From: Burkholderiales bacterium
GTDB lineage: Bacteria > Pseudomonadota > Gammaproteobacteria > Burkholderiales > SG8-39
Length of the DNA: 64,000 bases
Assembly (NCBI GenBank): GCA_035651575.1
Contig: DASRFM010000031.1
Location: forward strand, 67,059 to 131,058
Direction: 5' to 3'
Under the pieces are notes generated by a model. That model saw only the letters and a list, made by a program, of their open reading frames with translations, did not search any database and was not told the DNA's origin. Position 1 is the stretch's first letter. Every line of letters starts with the position of its first letter. Positions 18,130-28,875 of this stretch are shown one piece after another. The position numbers were made by a program, and so were the translations under genes.

Positions 18130-18357
18130 ATGGATTTCGCCAAGGAACTCGACGCGCGCGGGCTGAACTGCCCCCTTCCCATCCTGCGTACGAAAAAGGC
18201 GCTCGCCGACATGCGCCCGGGCGACGTGCTGAAGGTGCTCGCGACCGATCCCGGCTCGGTCAAGGATTTCCAGAGCTTCTCGAAGCAGACCGGGCACGAG
18301 CTCGTGTCGCACAGCGAGGAGAACCGCGAATTCACCTTCTACATGAGGAAGAAGTGA
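18130..18357 (+). CDS. TusA/SirA-family sulfurtransferase
   Basis: LDARGLNCPLPILRTKKAL (CPxP active-site motif). 75 aa, with GGAG upstream of ATG 18130. Confidence 0.8.
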   Translation: MDFAKELDARGLNCPLPILRTKKALADMRPGDVLKVLATDPGSVKDFQSFSKQTGHELVSHSEENREFTFYMRKK

Positions 18358-18842
18358 GGGCGGCCCTCGCCGCCGCCATTTCGCTTTTCGTCCTTCCGGT
18401 GCGCGCGGAGGACGCCACGTTCGGCGTCCGGCTGCTGGCGCCGGCGAGCGCGCTGAAGGCGGCGCAGGCTGCCCTCGCGAGCTGCCGCTCGAGCGGCTTC
18501 CAGGCGAGCGTGGCGGTGGTGGATCGCATGGGCGTGCTGCAGGTGCTGCTGCGCGATCGCTTCGCCGGCCCGCATACCGTCGACATGGCGAGCGCCAAGG
18601 CCTACACCGCGGCGAGCTTCCGCATGAGCACGCGCGAGCTTGCCGAGGCGACGCAGCCCGGCAAGCCGCAGAGCGGCGTGCGCAGCCGGCCCGGCGTCGC
18701 GGCGGTGGGCGGCGGCCTCGCGATCGAGGCGGGCGGCTCGCTCCTCGGCGCCATCGGCGTCTCCGGCGCGCCGGGCGGCGCCGAGGACGAGAAGTGCGCC
18801 GCGGCGGGCATCGAGGCAATCCGGGAGGACCTCGAGCTCTGA
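18354..18842 (+). CDS. GlcG/HbpS-like heme-binding protein (DUF336)
   Basis: GTGA overlap with the tusA-like gene. GGGLAIEAGGSLLGAIGVSGAPGGAEDEKCAAAG is the family signature. Has a signal peptide. Confidence 0.75.
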   Translation: MRAALAAAISLFVLPVRAEDATFGVRLLAPASALKAAQAALASCRSSGFQASVAVVDRMGVLQVLLRDRFAGPHTVDMASAKAYTAASFRMSTRELAEATQPGKPQSGVRSRPGVAAVGGGLAIEAGGSLLGAIGVSGAPGGAEDEKCAAAGIEAIREDLEL

Positions 18843-18867
18843 GGCCCGCGCGCGGCTCTGTGGAATA

Positions 18868-19374
18868 ATGGGCCGCATGATGGCGCGATGGATCCGGCTG
18901 GGCGCGGTGGAGCGCACGGCGTTCGACGCGGCCTGCAGCGCCCTCGCGCTCGCTCAGGCGAGAAGCGCGCCGCCGATCCTGCTCTGGTCCGAGGAGGCGG
19001 CCTACTATCCCTTCGCGCTCATTGCGCCGCTCAAGTTCGCGCCGGGCCGTCGCGAGCGCTGGCTTGCCTGGGGCCTTGCCTCGGCCGTCGCCACCTACCG
19101 GCAATTCCGCGTGCCGGCCTACCTTGACGACGAGCTGCGGCTGCACGGCCGCAATGTCGCCGACAGCCGCGCCGGGCAGCTCGGCGAGTGCGCCCTCGTC
19201 GTCTCGAGCTTCCTCATGCGCTTCCCGGGCAGCTGCGTCGCGACGCCTTCGCTCGAGCTGGAAGAGGCGTTCCGCCTGCGCCTGGAGGCGCAGCACGGCT
19301 GGCAGTTCGACTCGTCCTGGCCGAGCGTTTCGGAAACCTGCCTGCGCGCGCCGCTGAATGATTTCGCGCCGTGA
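18868..19374 (+). CDS. Hypothetical protein
   Basis: In-frame ATG at 18868 with GC3-biased coding. No family recognised with confidence; there is a weak resemblance to the lipoate/biotin ligase fold. Confidence 0.4.
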   Translation: MGRMMARWIRLGAVERTAFDAACSALALAQARSAPPILLWSEEAAYYPFALIAPLKFAPGRRERWLAWGLASAVATYRQFRVPAYLDDELRLHGRNVADSRAGQLGECALVVSSFLMRFPGSCVATPSLELEEAFRLRLEAQHGWQFDSSWPSVSETCLRAPLNDFAP

Positions 19375-19981
19375 CTGGCTGAGCGGCACTGCCGCGCTGC
19401 TGCTCGTGCGCGATGCGCTCGCACAGGGGCGCGTCGAGAGCGGCGTGCGCACCGCCTACGGCGACGTGCGCGTGAACGGCAAGCCCGTGCGCCGCGGCAT
19501 GGCGCTGCGCGCGGGCGATTCGGTCTCCACGGGTCCCGAAAGCCAGGCGGTGTTTGTGCTGGGCGCCGATGCGTTCCTGGTGCGCCAGCAGAGCGAGGCC
19601 TCGTTCCTCAAGGCGGGCCTGCGCATCGCCACCGGCGCGGTGCTCTCGGTGTTCGCGCGCGGCGCGCGGCGCATCGAGACCGGCACCGCGGTGATCGGCA
19701 TCCGCGGCACCGCGGTCTATGTCGAAGCGCAGGGCGGGCGCAGCTATGTCTGCACCTGCTACGGCGAAGCGGTGCTCGAGCCGCGCGACGACCCGGCGGC
19801 GCGCGAGACGGTGCGCACCACGCACCACGAGCAGCCGCGCTACATCCTGGCGAAGGGCGCGCCGCAGATGATGATGCACGCGCCGGTCGTCAACCACACC
19901 GACGCCGAGCTCGAGATGCTCGAGGCGCTCGTCGGCCGCACGCCGCCCTTCGTCGGCAAGGGCTACAAGCCCTACTACTAG
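19358..19981 (+). CDS. FecR-domain periplasmic protein with Tat-type signal
   Basis: ISRRDWLSGTAALLL at the N-terminus. GDVRVNGKPVRRGMALRAGDSVSTGPESQAVFVLG is FecR-domain-like. Confidence 0.55.
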   Translation: MISRRDWLSGTAALLLVRDALAQGRVESGVRTAYGDVRVNGKPVRRGMALRAGDSVSTGPESQAVFVLGADAFLVRQQSEASFLKAGLRIATGAVLSVFARGARRIETGTAVIGIRGTAVYVEAQGGRSYVCTCYGEAVLEPRDDPAARETVRTTHHEQPRYILAKGAPQMMMHAPVVNHTDAELEMLEALVGRTPPFVGKGYKPYY

Positions 19982-19991
19982 GAAGTTCGAT

Positions 19992-21242
19992 TCACGGAAT
20001 GATGCCCAGCCGCTCGTAAACCGGGCGGATCTCGCGGCGGATCGCCGGAAGCCGGCTCGCGTAGGCGAGCGCCGCGCCGAGCGCCACGACGCCGCACCCG
20101 GCGAGGGTAGCCGGCGGGCCGATGTGCTCGGCGAGCGAGCCCGAGAGGAACGCGCCGACCGGCGACATGCCGATGAAGGCCATCACGTAGAGCGAGGCAA
20201 CGCGCCCGCGCAGCTCGTCGGGCACGATGCTCTGGATCACCGTGTTGGTCGACGCCGCCGACAGCATGAGGCCCATGCCGACGAAGTAGAGCGCGGGAAG
20301 CGCGAGCCAGAGGCTGTGCGCGAACGAGAACACGACAAGCGCGCCGCCCGCGGTTCCGGAGGTAAACGCGATCAGCCGCAGCAAGCCGCGGATGCTCGGC
20401 CGCGTGGCGAGATAGAGCATTCCGGACACCGCGCCCAGCCCCGCGCCGCTCACCAGCACGCCGAGGGTGCGCGAGTCGCCGTGGAACGCCTCGCGGGCGA
20501 ACCACGGCATCAGCGCCGCATAGGACTGCACCGTCACGCTGGTGGCGGAAAGGAGCAGGAGCGCGCTGCGGATCGGCAGGAAGCCGTAGGCGAAGCGCGC
20601 GCCGGCGGCGAGCTGGCGCAGGAGCCCGAGCTCCGCCGGCTCATGCCGGTGCGGCGCGACCCGCATGCGCGAGAGCATGGCGAGCATGAAGAGGTAGGTC
20701 AGCACGTTCGCGCCGTAGCCCCAGCGCTCGCCCAGCACCGCGATCAGCGTGCCGCCGATGAGCGGTCCGACAAAGCGCGCGCCGTTCATCATGATCGAGT
20801 TGAGCGCGATCGCGTTGGGCAGGTCCTCCTTGCCGCCGACCAGCTCGACGAGGATCGACTGGCGCGCCGGCGCGTCGCACGCGTTCACCGTGCCGAGCAC
20901 GAGGTTGGCGGCAACGAGGTGCCAGGGCTGCGCGATGCCGAGCGCTACTACGCCGAACAGGGCGGTCGCCTGCAGCGAGGCCACCGAATTGGTGAGGATC
21001 AGGACGCGGCGCCGGTCCATGCGGTCGATGAAGACCCCGGCCACGGGCGTGAGCACGAGGAATGGGATCTGCAGCGCGAACGCGGCGAGCCCGAGCATGA
21101 AGGCGGACTCGGACATGCGGTAGATGAGCCAGCTCGTCGCGATCAGCTGCAGCCAGCTGCCGATCTGCGCGGTGCCCTGCCCGAGGTAGAAGAGCCGGAA
21201 GTTCCGGTGGCGCAGCGCCCGCAGGCCGCGCGGCAGGCTCAC
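19992..21242 (-). CDS. MFS transporter (EntS/MFS_3-like)
   Basis: GTG 21242 overlaps the valS stop (GTGA). [23 protein letters not shown] and DRMDRRRVL, with about 12 hydrophobic segments. Confidence 0.8.
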   Translation of the reverse strand: MSLPRGLRALRHRNFRLFYLGQGTAQIGSWLQLIATSWLIYRMSESAFMLGLAAFALQIPFLVLTPVAGVFIDRMDRRRVLILTNSVASLQATALFGVVALGIAQPWHLVAANLVLGTVNACDAPARQSILVELVGGKEDLPNAIALNSIMMNGARFVGPLIGGTLIAVLGERWGYGANVLTYLFMLAMLSRMRVAPHRHEPAELGLLRQLAAGARFAYGFLPIRSALLLLSATSVTVQSYAALMPWFAREAFHGDSRTLGVLVSGAGLGAVSGMLYLATRPSIRGLLRLIAFTSGTAGGALVVFSFAHSLWLALPALYFVGMGLMLSAASTNTVIQSIVPDELRGRVASLYVMAFIGMSPVGAFLSGSLAEHIGPPATLAGCGVVALGAALAYASRLPAIRREIRPVYERLGIIP

Positions 21243-24001
21243 GGCGCGCCGGCCAGCCTTTCGAGCTGCTGGCGCACCTTGGCGAGCGTCGCCTCGAAGC
21301 CGGCGAGGCGCTCGCGCTCCTGCTGCACGACGGTTGCCGGGGCGCGCTCGACGAAGGCGCTGTTGGAGAGCTTCGCCTTCGCCCGGCCGATCTCGCCGTC
21401 GAGGCGCGCCGCCTCCTTGGAGAGGCGCTCGCGCTCGAGCTGCGGGTCGATCTCGATGTGCGGCATCAGGCGATGCTCGCCCACGATCGCGACCGGCGAG
21501 CCGGTGTCCGGCAGCACGTCGACGACTTTCGGCTCGGAGCGAGCGAGGCTCAGCATCGCGGCCACCGTGGTCGGGCTCGGCTTTCCGGTCAGGTAGAGCG
21601 TGATGCGGTCCTTGGGCGCGATCTTCATCTCGCTGCGAAGGTTGCGCGTCGCGTTCACGACCTGCTTCGCGAGCGCGACCTCCGCCTCGGCGCGCGCGTC
21701 GATTTTTTCGGGCTGGCTCTTGGGGTAGGGCGCGAGCATGATGCTTTCGCCCTTCTTCCCGGCGAGCGGGCGAACGCTCTGCCAGAGCTCCTCGGTGATG
21801 AACGGAATGATCGGGTGAGCCAGGCGCAGCGCGCTTTCCAGAACCCGGACCAGCGTGCGCCGCGTGCCGCGTTGCTGCCGCTCGTTCCCCTTGGCGAGCT
21901 GATCCTTTGCGATCTCGACGTACCAGTCGCAGTACTCGTCCCAGATGAAGCGGTAGAGGGCCGCGGCCGCGTTGTCGAAGCGGTATTCCGCAAACGCCTG
22001 CTCCACGTCCGCCTCGGTGCGCTGCAGGAGGCTCACGATCCAGCGGTCCCACGTCGACAGCTCGACCGCCGCCGAGTCGTCCTGGCCGCAGTCTTTCCCC
22101 TCGGCGTTCATCAGCACGAAGCGCGTCGCGTTCCAGAGCTTGTTGCAGAAGTTGCGGTAGCCCTCGCAGCGCCCGAGGTCGAAGTTGAGCGTGCGCGAGA
22201 AGGAGGCGAGGGAGGCGAAGGTGAAGCGCACCGCATCCGCGCCGAAGGCCGGGATGCCGCCGGGGTAGTGGCTGCGGATGTAGCCCTCGATCTTCTTGCG
22301 GTGCTCGGACCTGAGCAGGCCGACGGTGGATTTCTCGAGGAGCAGCTCGAGGGAGATGCCGTCGATGAGATCGAGCGGGTCGATCGTGTTGCCCTTGGAC
22401 TTCGACATCTTCTCGCCTTCGGCGTCGCGCACGATGGCGTTGATGTACACGTGGCGGAAGGGCACCTTGCCCGTGAAATGGCGCGTCATCATGACCATGC
22501 GCGCCACCCAGAAGAAGATGATGTCGAACCCCGTGACCAGCACCGAGGAGGGCAGGAACACCTCGAGGTCCCTGGTCTTCTCCGGCCAGCCGAGGGAGGT
22601 GAAGGGCACGAGCGCGGAGGAGAACCAGGTGTCGAGGACGTCCTCGTCCCTTTTCAGCTTCCTGCCGCCCGCCTTTTTCGCCGCCTCGGCCTCGCTCCGG
22701 GCGACGTAGATCCTGCCCTCGTCGTCGTACCACGCCGGGATCTGGTGGCCCCACCAGAGCTGGCGGGAAATGCACCAGTCCTGGATGTTCTCCAGCCACT
22801 GGTTGTAGGTCGCGGTCCAGTGCTCGGGGAAGAACCGGACTTCGCCGCGGGCCACCACCTCGAGGCCGTCGCGCGCGAGCGAGTCCATCTTCACGAACCA
22901 CTGATCCGTGAGCATCGGCTCGACGATGACGCCGGTGCGCCCCGAGCGCGGCACGCGCAGCTTGTAGGGCTTCTCCGAGACGAGCAGGCCCTGCGCCTTC
23001 AGGTCCTCGAGGATCCGCCTGCGCGCCTCGAAGCGCTCGAGCCCGCGGTACGCGGCCGGCGCGGCGTCGTTCAGGCGCGCATCCAGCGTGAGGATGCCGA
23101 CCGGCTCGAGCTTGTGGCGGCGGCCGACCTGGTAGTCGTTGAAGTCGTGCGCCGGCGTGATCTTGACGCAGCCGGTGCCGAACTCCGGGTCGACGTAGTC
23201 GTCCGCGATGACCGGGATTTCCTTGTCCGTGAGCGGCAGGCGCACCCGCTTGCCGACGACCGCGAGGTAGCGCTCATCCTTCGGGTTGACCGCCACCGCG
23301 ACGTCGCCGAGCATCGTCTCCGGCCGCGTCGTCGCGACCGTCACGCTGAAGCCCTCGCCGGGATAGCGGATCTCCCAGATCCTGCCGTCCTCCTCCTCGC
23401 TGTCCACCTCGAGGTCGGACACCGCGGTGCCGAGGACCGGGTCCCAGTTGACGAGCCTCTTGCCCCGGTAGATCAGGCCTTCTTCATAGAGCCGTACGAA
23501 CACCTCGACCACGGCGCGCGACATTTTCGCGTCCATGGTGAAGTAGCCGGCGTTCTGGCCCTCGGTGTCCGCGTAGCTCCAATTGGCCGAGGCGCCGAGG
23601 CGGCGCATCTGGCGCGTGATCGTCGCTCCCGACTGCTGCTTCCACTTCCACACGCGCTCGAGAAACTTCGCGCGCCCGAGGTCGTGGCGCGTCTTGCCTT
23701 CCTCCTCCAGCTGGCGCTCGACCACGATCTGCGTCGCGATGCCGGCGTGGTCGGTGCCCACCACCCAGTTGGTATTGAGGCCGCGCATGCGGTGGTAGCG
23801 GATGAGCGCGTCCATCAGCGTCTGCTGGAACGCGTGGCCCATGTGCAGCGTGCCGGTGACGTTCGGCGGCGGCAGCTGGATGCAGTAGGCGGGCTGGCTG
23901 TCCGGAGAATGCGGCTCGCGGTGCCGGAACCGGCCGGCTTCTTCCCAGCGCGCGTACCAGCGGCGCTCGACCTCGACCGGGTTGAAGCTCTTCTCCAGCA
24001 A
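21239..24001 (-). CDS. valS: Valine--tRNA ligase
   Basis: 920 aa. [14 protein letters not shown] (HIGH) and KMSKSKGN (KMSKS) motifs, plus a C-terminal coiled coil. Confidence 0.95.
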   Translation of the reverse strand: MLEKSFNPVEVERRWYARWEEAGRFRHREPHSPDSQPAYCIQLPPPNVTGTLHMGHAFQQTLMDALIRYHRMRGLNTNWVVGTDHAGIATQIVVERQLEEEGKTRHDLGRAKFLERVWKWKQQSGATITRQMRRLGASANWSYADTEGQNAGYFTMDAKMSRAVVEVFVRLYEEGLIYRGKRLVNWDPVLGTAVSDLEVDSEEEDGRIWEIRYPGEGFSVTVATTRPETMLGDVAVAVNPKDERYLAVVGKRVRLPLTDKEIPVIADDYVDPEFGTGCVKITPAHDFNDYQVGRRHKLEPVGILTLDARLNDAAPAAYRGLERFEARRRILEDLKAQGLLVSEKPYKLRVPRSGRTGVIVEPMLTDQWFVKMDSLARDGLEVVARGEVRFFPEHWTATYNQWLENIQDWCISRQLWWGHQIPAWYDDEGRIYVARSEAEAAKKAGGRKLKRDEDVLDTWFSSALVPFTSLGWPEKTRDLEVFLPSSVLVTGFDIIFFWVARMVMMTRHFTGKVPFRHVYINAIVRDAEGEKMSKSKGNTIDPLDLIDGISLELLLEKSTVGLLRSEHRKKIEGYIRSHYPGGIPAFGADAVRFTFASLASFSRTLNFDLGRCEGYRNFCNKLWNATRFVLMNAEGKDCGQDDSAAVELSTWDRWIVSLLQRTEADVEQAFAEYRFDNAAAALYRFIWDEYCDWYVEIAKDQLAKGNERQQRGTRRTLVRVLESALRLAHPIIPFITEELWQSVRPLAGKKGESIMLAPYPKSQPEKIDARAEAEVALAKQVVNATRNLRSEMKIAPKDRITLYLTGKPSPTTVAAMLSLARSEPKVVDVLPDTGSPVAIVGEHRLMPHIEIDPQLERERLSKEAARLDGEIGRAKAKLSNSAFVERAPATVVQQERERLAGFEATLAKVRQQLERLAGAP

Positions 24002-24002
24002 C

Positions 24003-24395
24003 CTACTTCGCCTTCGTCTGCCCCAGGGCGTGCGCCACCGAGGCGGCGACCGCCTCGCGCACCATCTGGCTCACGCTGCCGGTGAGCTCGGAGCGCGTGC
24101 CCTCGAGCGCCTGCCCCAGCACGGCGTTCAGCGTGCGCGCGAGCTTGTCCTCGATCACGCGGTCCACTTCCGGGCCGAGGCGCTCGAGCACCGCGCGCTC
24201 GAGCTCGCGGGCGAGCGCCTCGAGCGCTCCGGGGTCGAAGGCGCGCGCGCGCGGCACCGCCTCGTCGTCCAGGATCTCGGTGAGCACCGGGACATCGGCT
24301 TCCTGCGGCGCCGCGCCCTCGCTGCGGCGCAGGAGGGCATCCACGCGCTCGACGAGCGCGTCGGGCTTCTGGACCGGGTCGTTACTCGCCGCCAC
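24003..24395 (-). CDS. Hypothetical protein
   Basis: 130-aa acidic/Ala-rich ORF with good GC3 bias, tightly packed between holC and valS. Confidence 0.5.
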   Translation of the reverse strand: MAASNDPVQKPDALVERVDALLRRSEGAAPQEADVPVLTEILDDEAVPRARAFDPGALEALARELERAVLERLGPEVDRVIEDKLARTLNAVLGQALEGTRSELTGSVSQMVREAVAASVAHALGQTKAK

Positions 24396-24816
24396 GCGCC
24401 GTTCCCAGATCGTGGTTGGCGATCGGGTAGCCCCGGTCGCGATAGAACTTGTAGCGCTGGCGGCCGGCGTTGCGCTCGGCGTCGTCCGCGCCGACGACCT
24501 CCAGCAGGCGCTCGAAGCGCTCGAAATGCGGCGGCGGCTCGGCCGAGAGATTGAGCAGGAGCTCGCACGGCTCCGGGGTTTCCGGGCCGCTCGCGATCAG
24601 CACGGGCGTCTGCGCGGCGAGCGGGTCGTGCGCCGCGCAATGCGGCACGAAGCCCGTCGCGGGCCAGGTCCACAGCAGCTTGTCGATGCGCGCGGCCGTC
24701 TCGGCGTCGCCCGCGTAGACGAGGAGCCTCTTCTTCTGCGCGAGCGCCTTGCCGGCGAGGCGGCAGGCGACCTGGAAGCGGTCCTGGGCGTTGAAATAGA
24801 AATCGACGGACGTCAT
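24382..24816 (-). CDS. holC: DNA polymerase III subunit chi
   Basis: Start is at MTSVDFYFNA (ATGA overlap with pepA). CRLAGKA, LDKLLWTW and FVPH motifs. Confidence 0.8.
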   Translation of the reverse strand: MTSVDFYFNAQDRFQVACRLAGKALAQKKRLLVYAGDAETAARIDKLLWTWPATGFVPHCAAHDPLAAQTPVLIASGPETPEPCELLLNLSAEPPPHFERFERLLEVVGADDAERNAGRQRYKFYRDRGYPIANHDLGTARGGE

Positions 24817-26300
24817 TTCCGCCCGGCGTGGCGCAGCGCGTAGCGCACCAGCAGCGGCACGGGACGCCCGGTTGAGCCTTTTTCGCGGCCGCTTTTCCAG
24901 GCGGTGCCGGCGATGTCGAGGTGCGCCCAGCGCATGGCGCGCGCGAAGCGGGCGAGGAAGGACGCTGCGGTGACCGCGCCGGCGGGGCGGCCGCCGATGT
25001 TCGCGAAGTCGGCGAAGTTCGAGCGCAGCTGCTCCTGGTAGTCCTCCCAGAGCGGCATCTGCCAGACGCGGTCCCAGGCGTCGTCCGCGGCGGCGCGGAT
25101 CTCGTCGGCGAGCTTTTGCTCGTTGGCGAAGAGCCCGCTCGCGACGTGGCCCAGGGCGATGACGCAGGCGCCGGTGAGGGTCGCGATGTCGATCACGACC
25201 TCGGGATGGAAGCGCGCAACGTAGGTGAGCGCGTCGCACAGGATGAGGCGTCCCTCGGCGTCGGTATTCAGGATCTCGACGGTCTGCCCGGAGAGCGACG
25301 TGACGATGTCGCCCGGGCGGGTGGCAGCGCCGCCGGGCATGTTCTCGCAGGTCGGGATGACGCCGACCACGTTCACCGGGGCACGCATGGCGGCGAGCGC
25401 GTAGACCGCGCCGAGCACGCTGCCCGCACCCGACATGTCGAACTTCATCTCGTCCATCTCGCCGGAGGGCTTGAGCGAGATGCCGCCGGTGTCGAACGTG
25501 ATGCCCTTGCCGACGAGCGCGAGCGGCTTCCTCGTCTTCGGGCCGCCGGAATAGCGCAGCACGATGAGCTTGGGCGGCTGGTGCGAGGCGCGGCTCACCG
25601 CGAGCAGCGCGCCCATGCCGAGCTTCTCCATGTCGCGGCGCTCGAGCACCTCGAGCGGCAGCTTGAACCGGCGCGCGATCTTCGCCGCCTCGGCGGCGAG
25701 ATAGGCGGGCGTGCAGATGTTCGGCGGCAGGTTGCCGAGCGTGCGCGCGAGGTCCGTGCCGTCGGCGGTGGCCACGGCTTCCTTGCGCGCCTGCTCGAGG
25801 CCGGCGCCCGCCGACACGGGCAGGGTCACCGTCTTCAGCGCCGGCGCGGCAGCGTTCTTCTGCGTCTTCAGCTGGTCGAAGCGGTAGAACGCCTCGCGCA
25901 GCACGAGCACGGCGTGACGCACGTTCCAGGAGAGCGGCCTGGCGCCGACCTTCACGTCGACGAGGAAGAGCGCGGCGTCCTCGGTCCCGATCTCCTTCAG
26001 CGCGTTGGCCGCGCCGCGCAGCGCGTCGCGATAGGCCGCCTCGCCGAACTCCCGGCGCTCGCCGAGGCCCACGAGCAGCACGCGCTGCGCCGCGATGCCC
26101 GGCAGCTCGCGCAGCAGCAGCGTGGAGCCGGTCTTGCCGGAGAGGTCCTTCAGCGCCTTGCGCAGCGCGCCCTTCGCCACCTGGTCCGCGCGCCGCGCGG
26201 GCGCGGTGAGCGCGCCGCCCGTCGCCGGGTCCCGGAACACGCCGAGCACGGCGCAGCTCTTCACTCGCTCGGGCGCGAGCGCGCGTATGCTAAATTCCAT
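24813..26300 (-). CDS. pepA: Leucyl aminopeptidase
   Basis: M17 motifs VGKGITFDTGGISLKP and NTDAEGRLILCDAL. Confidence 0.9.
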   Translation of the reverse strand: MEFSIRALAPERVKSCAVLGVFRDPATGGALTAPARRADQVAKGALRKALKDLSGKTGSTLLLRELPGIAAQRVLLVGLGERREFGEAAYRDALRGAANALKEIGTEDAALFLVDVKVGARPLSWNVRHAVLVLREAFYRFDQLKTQKNAAAPALKTVTLPVSAGAGLEQARKEAVATADGTDLARTLGNLPPNICTPAYLAAEAAKIARRFKLPLEVLERRDMEKLGMGALLAVSRASHQPPKLIVLRYSGGPKTRKPLALVGKGITFDTGGISLKPSGEMDEMKFDMSGAGSVLGAVYALAAMRAPVNVVGVIPTCENMPGGAATRPGDIVTSLSGQTVEILNTDAEGRLILCDALTYVARFHPEVVIDIATLTGACVIALGHVASGLFANEQKLADEIRAAADDAWDRVWQMPLWEDYQEQLRSNFADFANIGGRPAGAVTAASFLARFARAMRWAHLDIAGTAWKSGREKGSTGRPVPLLVRYALRHAGRK

Positions 26301-26314
26301 AGCGAAAGTATCGC

Positions 26315-27391
26315 ATGATCTTTCACCGCGCGCTCCTCAGGGAATTCGCCGGACTCGCCGGCGCGGTGTTCATGACGCTGTTCGCGATCGCGCTCACCAC
26401 GCGCCTCATCCGCCTGCTCGGCGACGCCGCCGGCGGCCGCATTCCGTCCGACGCGGTGGTCGCCTTCCTTGGCTTCTTCGCGCTCGGCACGCTGCCGGTG
26501 CTGCTCTCGCTCACCATGTTCATCGCGGTGCTGCTCACGCTCACGCGCAGCTGGCGCGACTCGGAGATGGTGATCTGGTTCAGCTCGGGGCTGCCGCTTA
26601 CCGCGTGGCTCAAGCCGGTGATGACGTTCGCGCTTCCGCAGATCGCGGTGATCACGGTGCTCTCGCTTTTCATCTCGCCCTGGGCGGCGCAGATGGGAGA
26701 CCAGTACCAGTCGCGGGTCGCGGCGCGCGACGATGTCACGCGCGTGAGCCCCGGCGTGTTCGGCGAGACCGGCAACAAGGAGCGCGTGTTCTTCGTCGAG
26801 TCGGTTTCCGGGGACGAGAAGACGGTGCAGAACGTCTTCGTGAGCTCGGTCCAGCAGCAGAAAGGCGGCGTCAGCATGAGCCGCACCGGGCACACAGAGA
26901 CCGCGCCCAACGGCGACCGCTTCATCGTGCTCGAGCGCGGCCGGCGCTACGAGGGCTCGCCTGCCGAGGGCGAGTACCGGATCACCGACTTCGAGCGCTA
27001 TTCCGCGCGCATCGAGACGCCGGAGACCGACCAGCCGGTCGTCACCGCGAAGCAGTTGCCGACCTGGACGCTCGTCACCAATCCGACAAGCGGAAACCTC
27101 GGGGAACTCGTGTGGCGCCTGGGCATCCCGGTGTCGGCCCTGGTGCTCGTTCTCCTCGCCATCCCGATCAGCTTCGTCAACCCGCGCGCCGGGCGCTCCG
27201 CGAACCTGCTCTTCGCGCTCTTCACCTATGTCGTCTACTCGAACCTGATCAGCGTGAGCCAGGCGCGAGTCGCGCAGGGCCGGCTGGATTTCGGCATCGG
27301 CCTGTGGCTGGTGCACGCCGTCATGGCGCTCCTCCTGGTCGTGATGTTCGCCCAGCGCATGCAATTGATACGGCTCCGCATTGGCCGCTGA
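26315..27391 (+). CDS. lptF: LPS export ABC transporter permease LptF
   Basis: MIFHRALLREF at the N-terminus and YjgP/YjgQ topology. Divergent from pepA, as in many proteobacteria. Confidence 0.85.
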   Translation: MIFHRALLREFAGLAGAVFMTLFAIALTTRLIRLLGDAAGGRIPSDAVVAFLGFFALGTLPVLLSLTMFIAVLLTLTRSWRDSEMVIWFSSGLPLTAWLKPVMTFALPQIAVITVLSLFISPWAAQMGDQYQSRVAARDDVTRVSPGVFGETGNKERVFFVESVSGDEKTVQNVFVSSVQQQKGGVSMSRTGHTETAPNGDRFIVLERGRRYEGSPAEGEYRITDFERYSARIETPETDQPVVTAKQLPTWTLVTNPTSGNLGELVWRLGIPVSALVLVLLAIPISFVNPRAGRSANLLFALFTYVVYSNLISVSQARVAQGRLDFGIGLWLVHAVMALLLVVMFAQRMQLIRLRIGR

Positions 27392-28478
27392 AAAAGCCCG
27401 CATCCGGACGCTCGAGCGGTACTTTGCGCAGCAGATCTACAGCGCGGTGCTGTTCGTGCTCGCGGGGTTCATCGCGCTGTTCGCGTTCTTCGACCTGATC
27501 CACGAGCTCGGCGACCTGGGCAACGGCGACTACGGGCTGCGCCAGGTGTTCGGCTTCGTGCTGCTGTCGGTGCCGGCGCACGCCTACGAGCTCTTCCCGA
27601 TCGTCGTCCTGATCGGGACGCTGTACGTGCTCGCGCACCTCGCCAGCAATTCCGAGTACACCGTGATGCGCGGCTCGGGCCTTTCGCCGCTGCGCGCGGG
27701 CGCCATGCTGGGGCGCATCGGGCTCGCGTTCGTCGTCTCCACGTTCGTCATCGGCGAATGGATCGCCCCCTACGCCGAGGAGGCGGCGCAGAAGCTGAAG
27801 CTGCGCGCGATGAGCTCGCTCATCGGCGAGGACCTGAGCTCGGGCCTGTGGTTCAAGGACGAAGGCTCGTTCATCAACGTGCGCGAGGCGCGCAAGGCCG
27901 ACCAGCTGAGCGGCGTGCGCATCTACGTCTTCGAGCCCGGCAGCTCGCGCCTGCGCACCCTCACGGTGGCGAAAAGCGCGGAGTACCGCTCGCACGGCGT
28001 CTGGATCCTGCAGGACGTGGATCGCACGGAGTTCGGCGCGCAGGGCCCGCGCAGCGTCCACGCCGCCGAGGACGAATGGCATTCGGCGGTGAGCCCGGAC
28101 ATGCTCGATGCGCTCATCGTCAGGCCCGAGCGCATGTCGGCCTGGGCGCTGCACAAGTACACGCAGCACCTCGAGAGCAACCGGCAGAAGACCGAGCGCT
28201 ACGAGATCGCGTTGTGGAAGAAGCTGTTCTACCCGCTCGCGACCCTCGTCATGATGGCGCTCGCGCTGCCGTTCGCCTACCTGCAGGCGCGCGCCGGCAT
28301 GGTCGGCGTCAAGGTGTTCCTCGGCATCATGCTCGGCATCCTGTTCCACATGCTGAACAGCCTCTTCTCGCACATCGGCCTGCTGCAGAACTGGCCGCCG
28401 ATCGCCGCGGCGGCCGTGCCGAGCGCGGCGGTCTTCCTGACCGCGGTGATGGCGATGTGGTGGGTGGAGCGCCGCTAG
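27381..28478 (+). CDS. lptG: LPS export ABC transporter permease LptG
   Basis: TTG start overlaps the lptF end. LERYFAQQIYSAVLFVL and YjgP/YjgQ topology. Confidence 0.85.
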   Translation: MAAEKARIRTLERYFAQQIYSAVLFVLAGFIALFAFFDLIHELGDLGNGDYGLRQVFGFVLLSVPAHAYELFPIVVLIGTLYVLAHLASNSEYTVMRGSGLSPLRAGAMLGRIGLAFVVSTFVIGEWIAPYAEEAAQKLKLRAMSSLIGEDLSSGLWFKDEGSFINVREARKADQLSGVRIYVFEPGSSRLRTLTVAKSAEYRSHGVWILQDVDRTEFGAQGPRSVHAAEDEWHSAVSPDMLDALIVRPERMSAWALHKYTQHLESNRQKTERYEIALWKKLFYPLATLVMMALALPFAYLQARAGMVGVKVFLGIMLGILFHMLNSLFSHIGLLQNWPPIAAAAVPSAAVFLTAVMAMWWVERR

Positions 28479-28485
28479 CCAGGGG

Positions 28486-28875
28486 CTAGATCCGGGCGAG
28501 GCGCGTGCCGGCAAGGCGATCGTGCAGGAACTGCCGGTCGCGGTCGAAGAATGCCCAGACGATGGAGGCGCCGCTCGGCACGAGGATGAGCGCGAGGAGA
28601 AAGCGGGCGAGCGCCCGGCCGGGCGTCACGCCGACGAGGCGGATCTTCCAGGCCTTCATCGCGAGCGTCTGGCCGGTGCGCAGCCAGCACCACAGGAAGT
28701 AGGCGCCGAACACGAAGACGAGCAGCAGCTGCAGCTCGTGGCGCAGCGCCCCGCGGGTGGCGTCGCGGCCGCCGCTCGCGAAGAAGAAGATCCAGGCGGC
28801 GAAGAAGCCCACGGCAAAAAGCAGCAGCGCCTCGTACGCCATCGCCGCGAGGCGCCGCAGCAAGGACGGGGTCAA
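28486..28875 (-). CDS. RDD-family membrane protein
   Basis: TTG 28875 overlaps the upstream stop (TTGA). LLRRLAAMAYEALLLFAV and the C-terminal RDRQFLHDRLAGT are RDD features. Confidence 0.65.
   Translation of the reverse strand: MTPSLLRRLAAMAYEALLLFAVGFFAAWIFFFASGGRDATRGALRHELQLLLVFVFGAYFLWCWLRTGQTLAMKAWKIRLVGVTPGRALARFLLALILVPSGASIVWAFFDRDRQFLHDRLAGTRLARI

Noticed and set aside
19992-22901. A 969-aa ORF that looks like one large protein.
   Set aside because: Only the C-terminal 416 aa (from GTG 21242) reads as an MFS transporter. The upstream part is an out-of-frame shadow of valS with junk composition.
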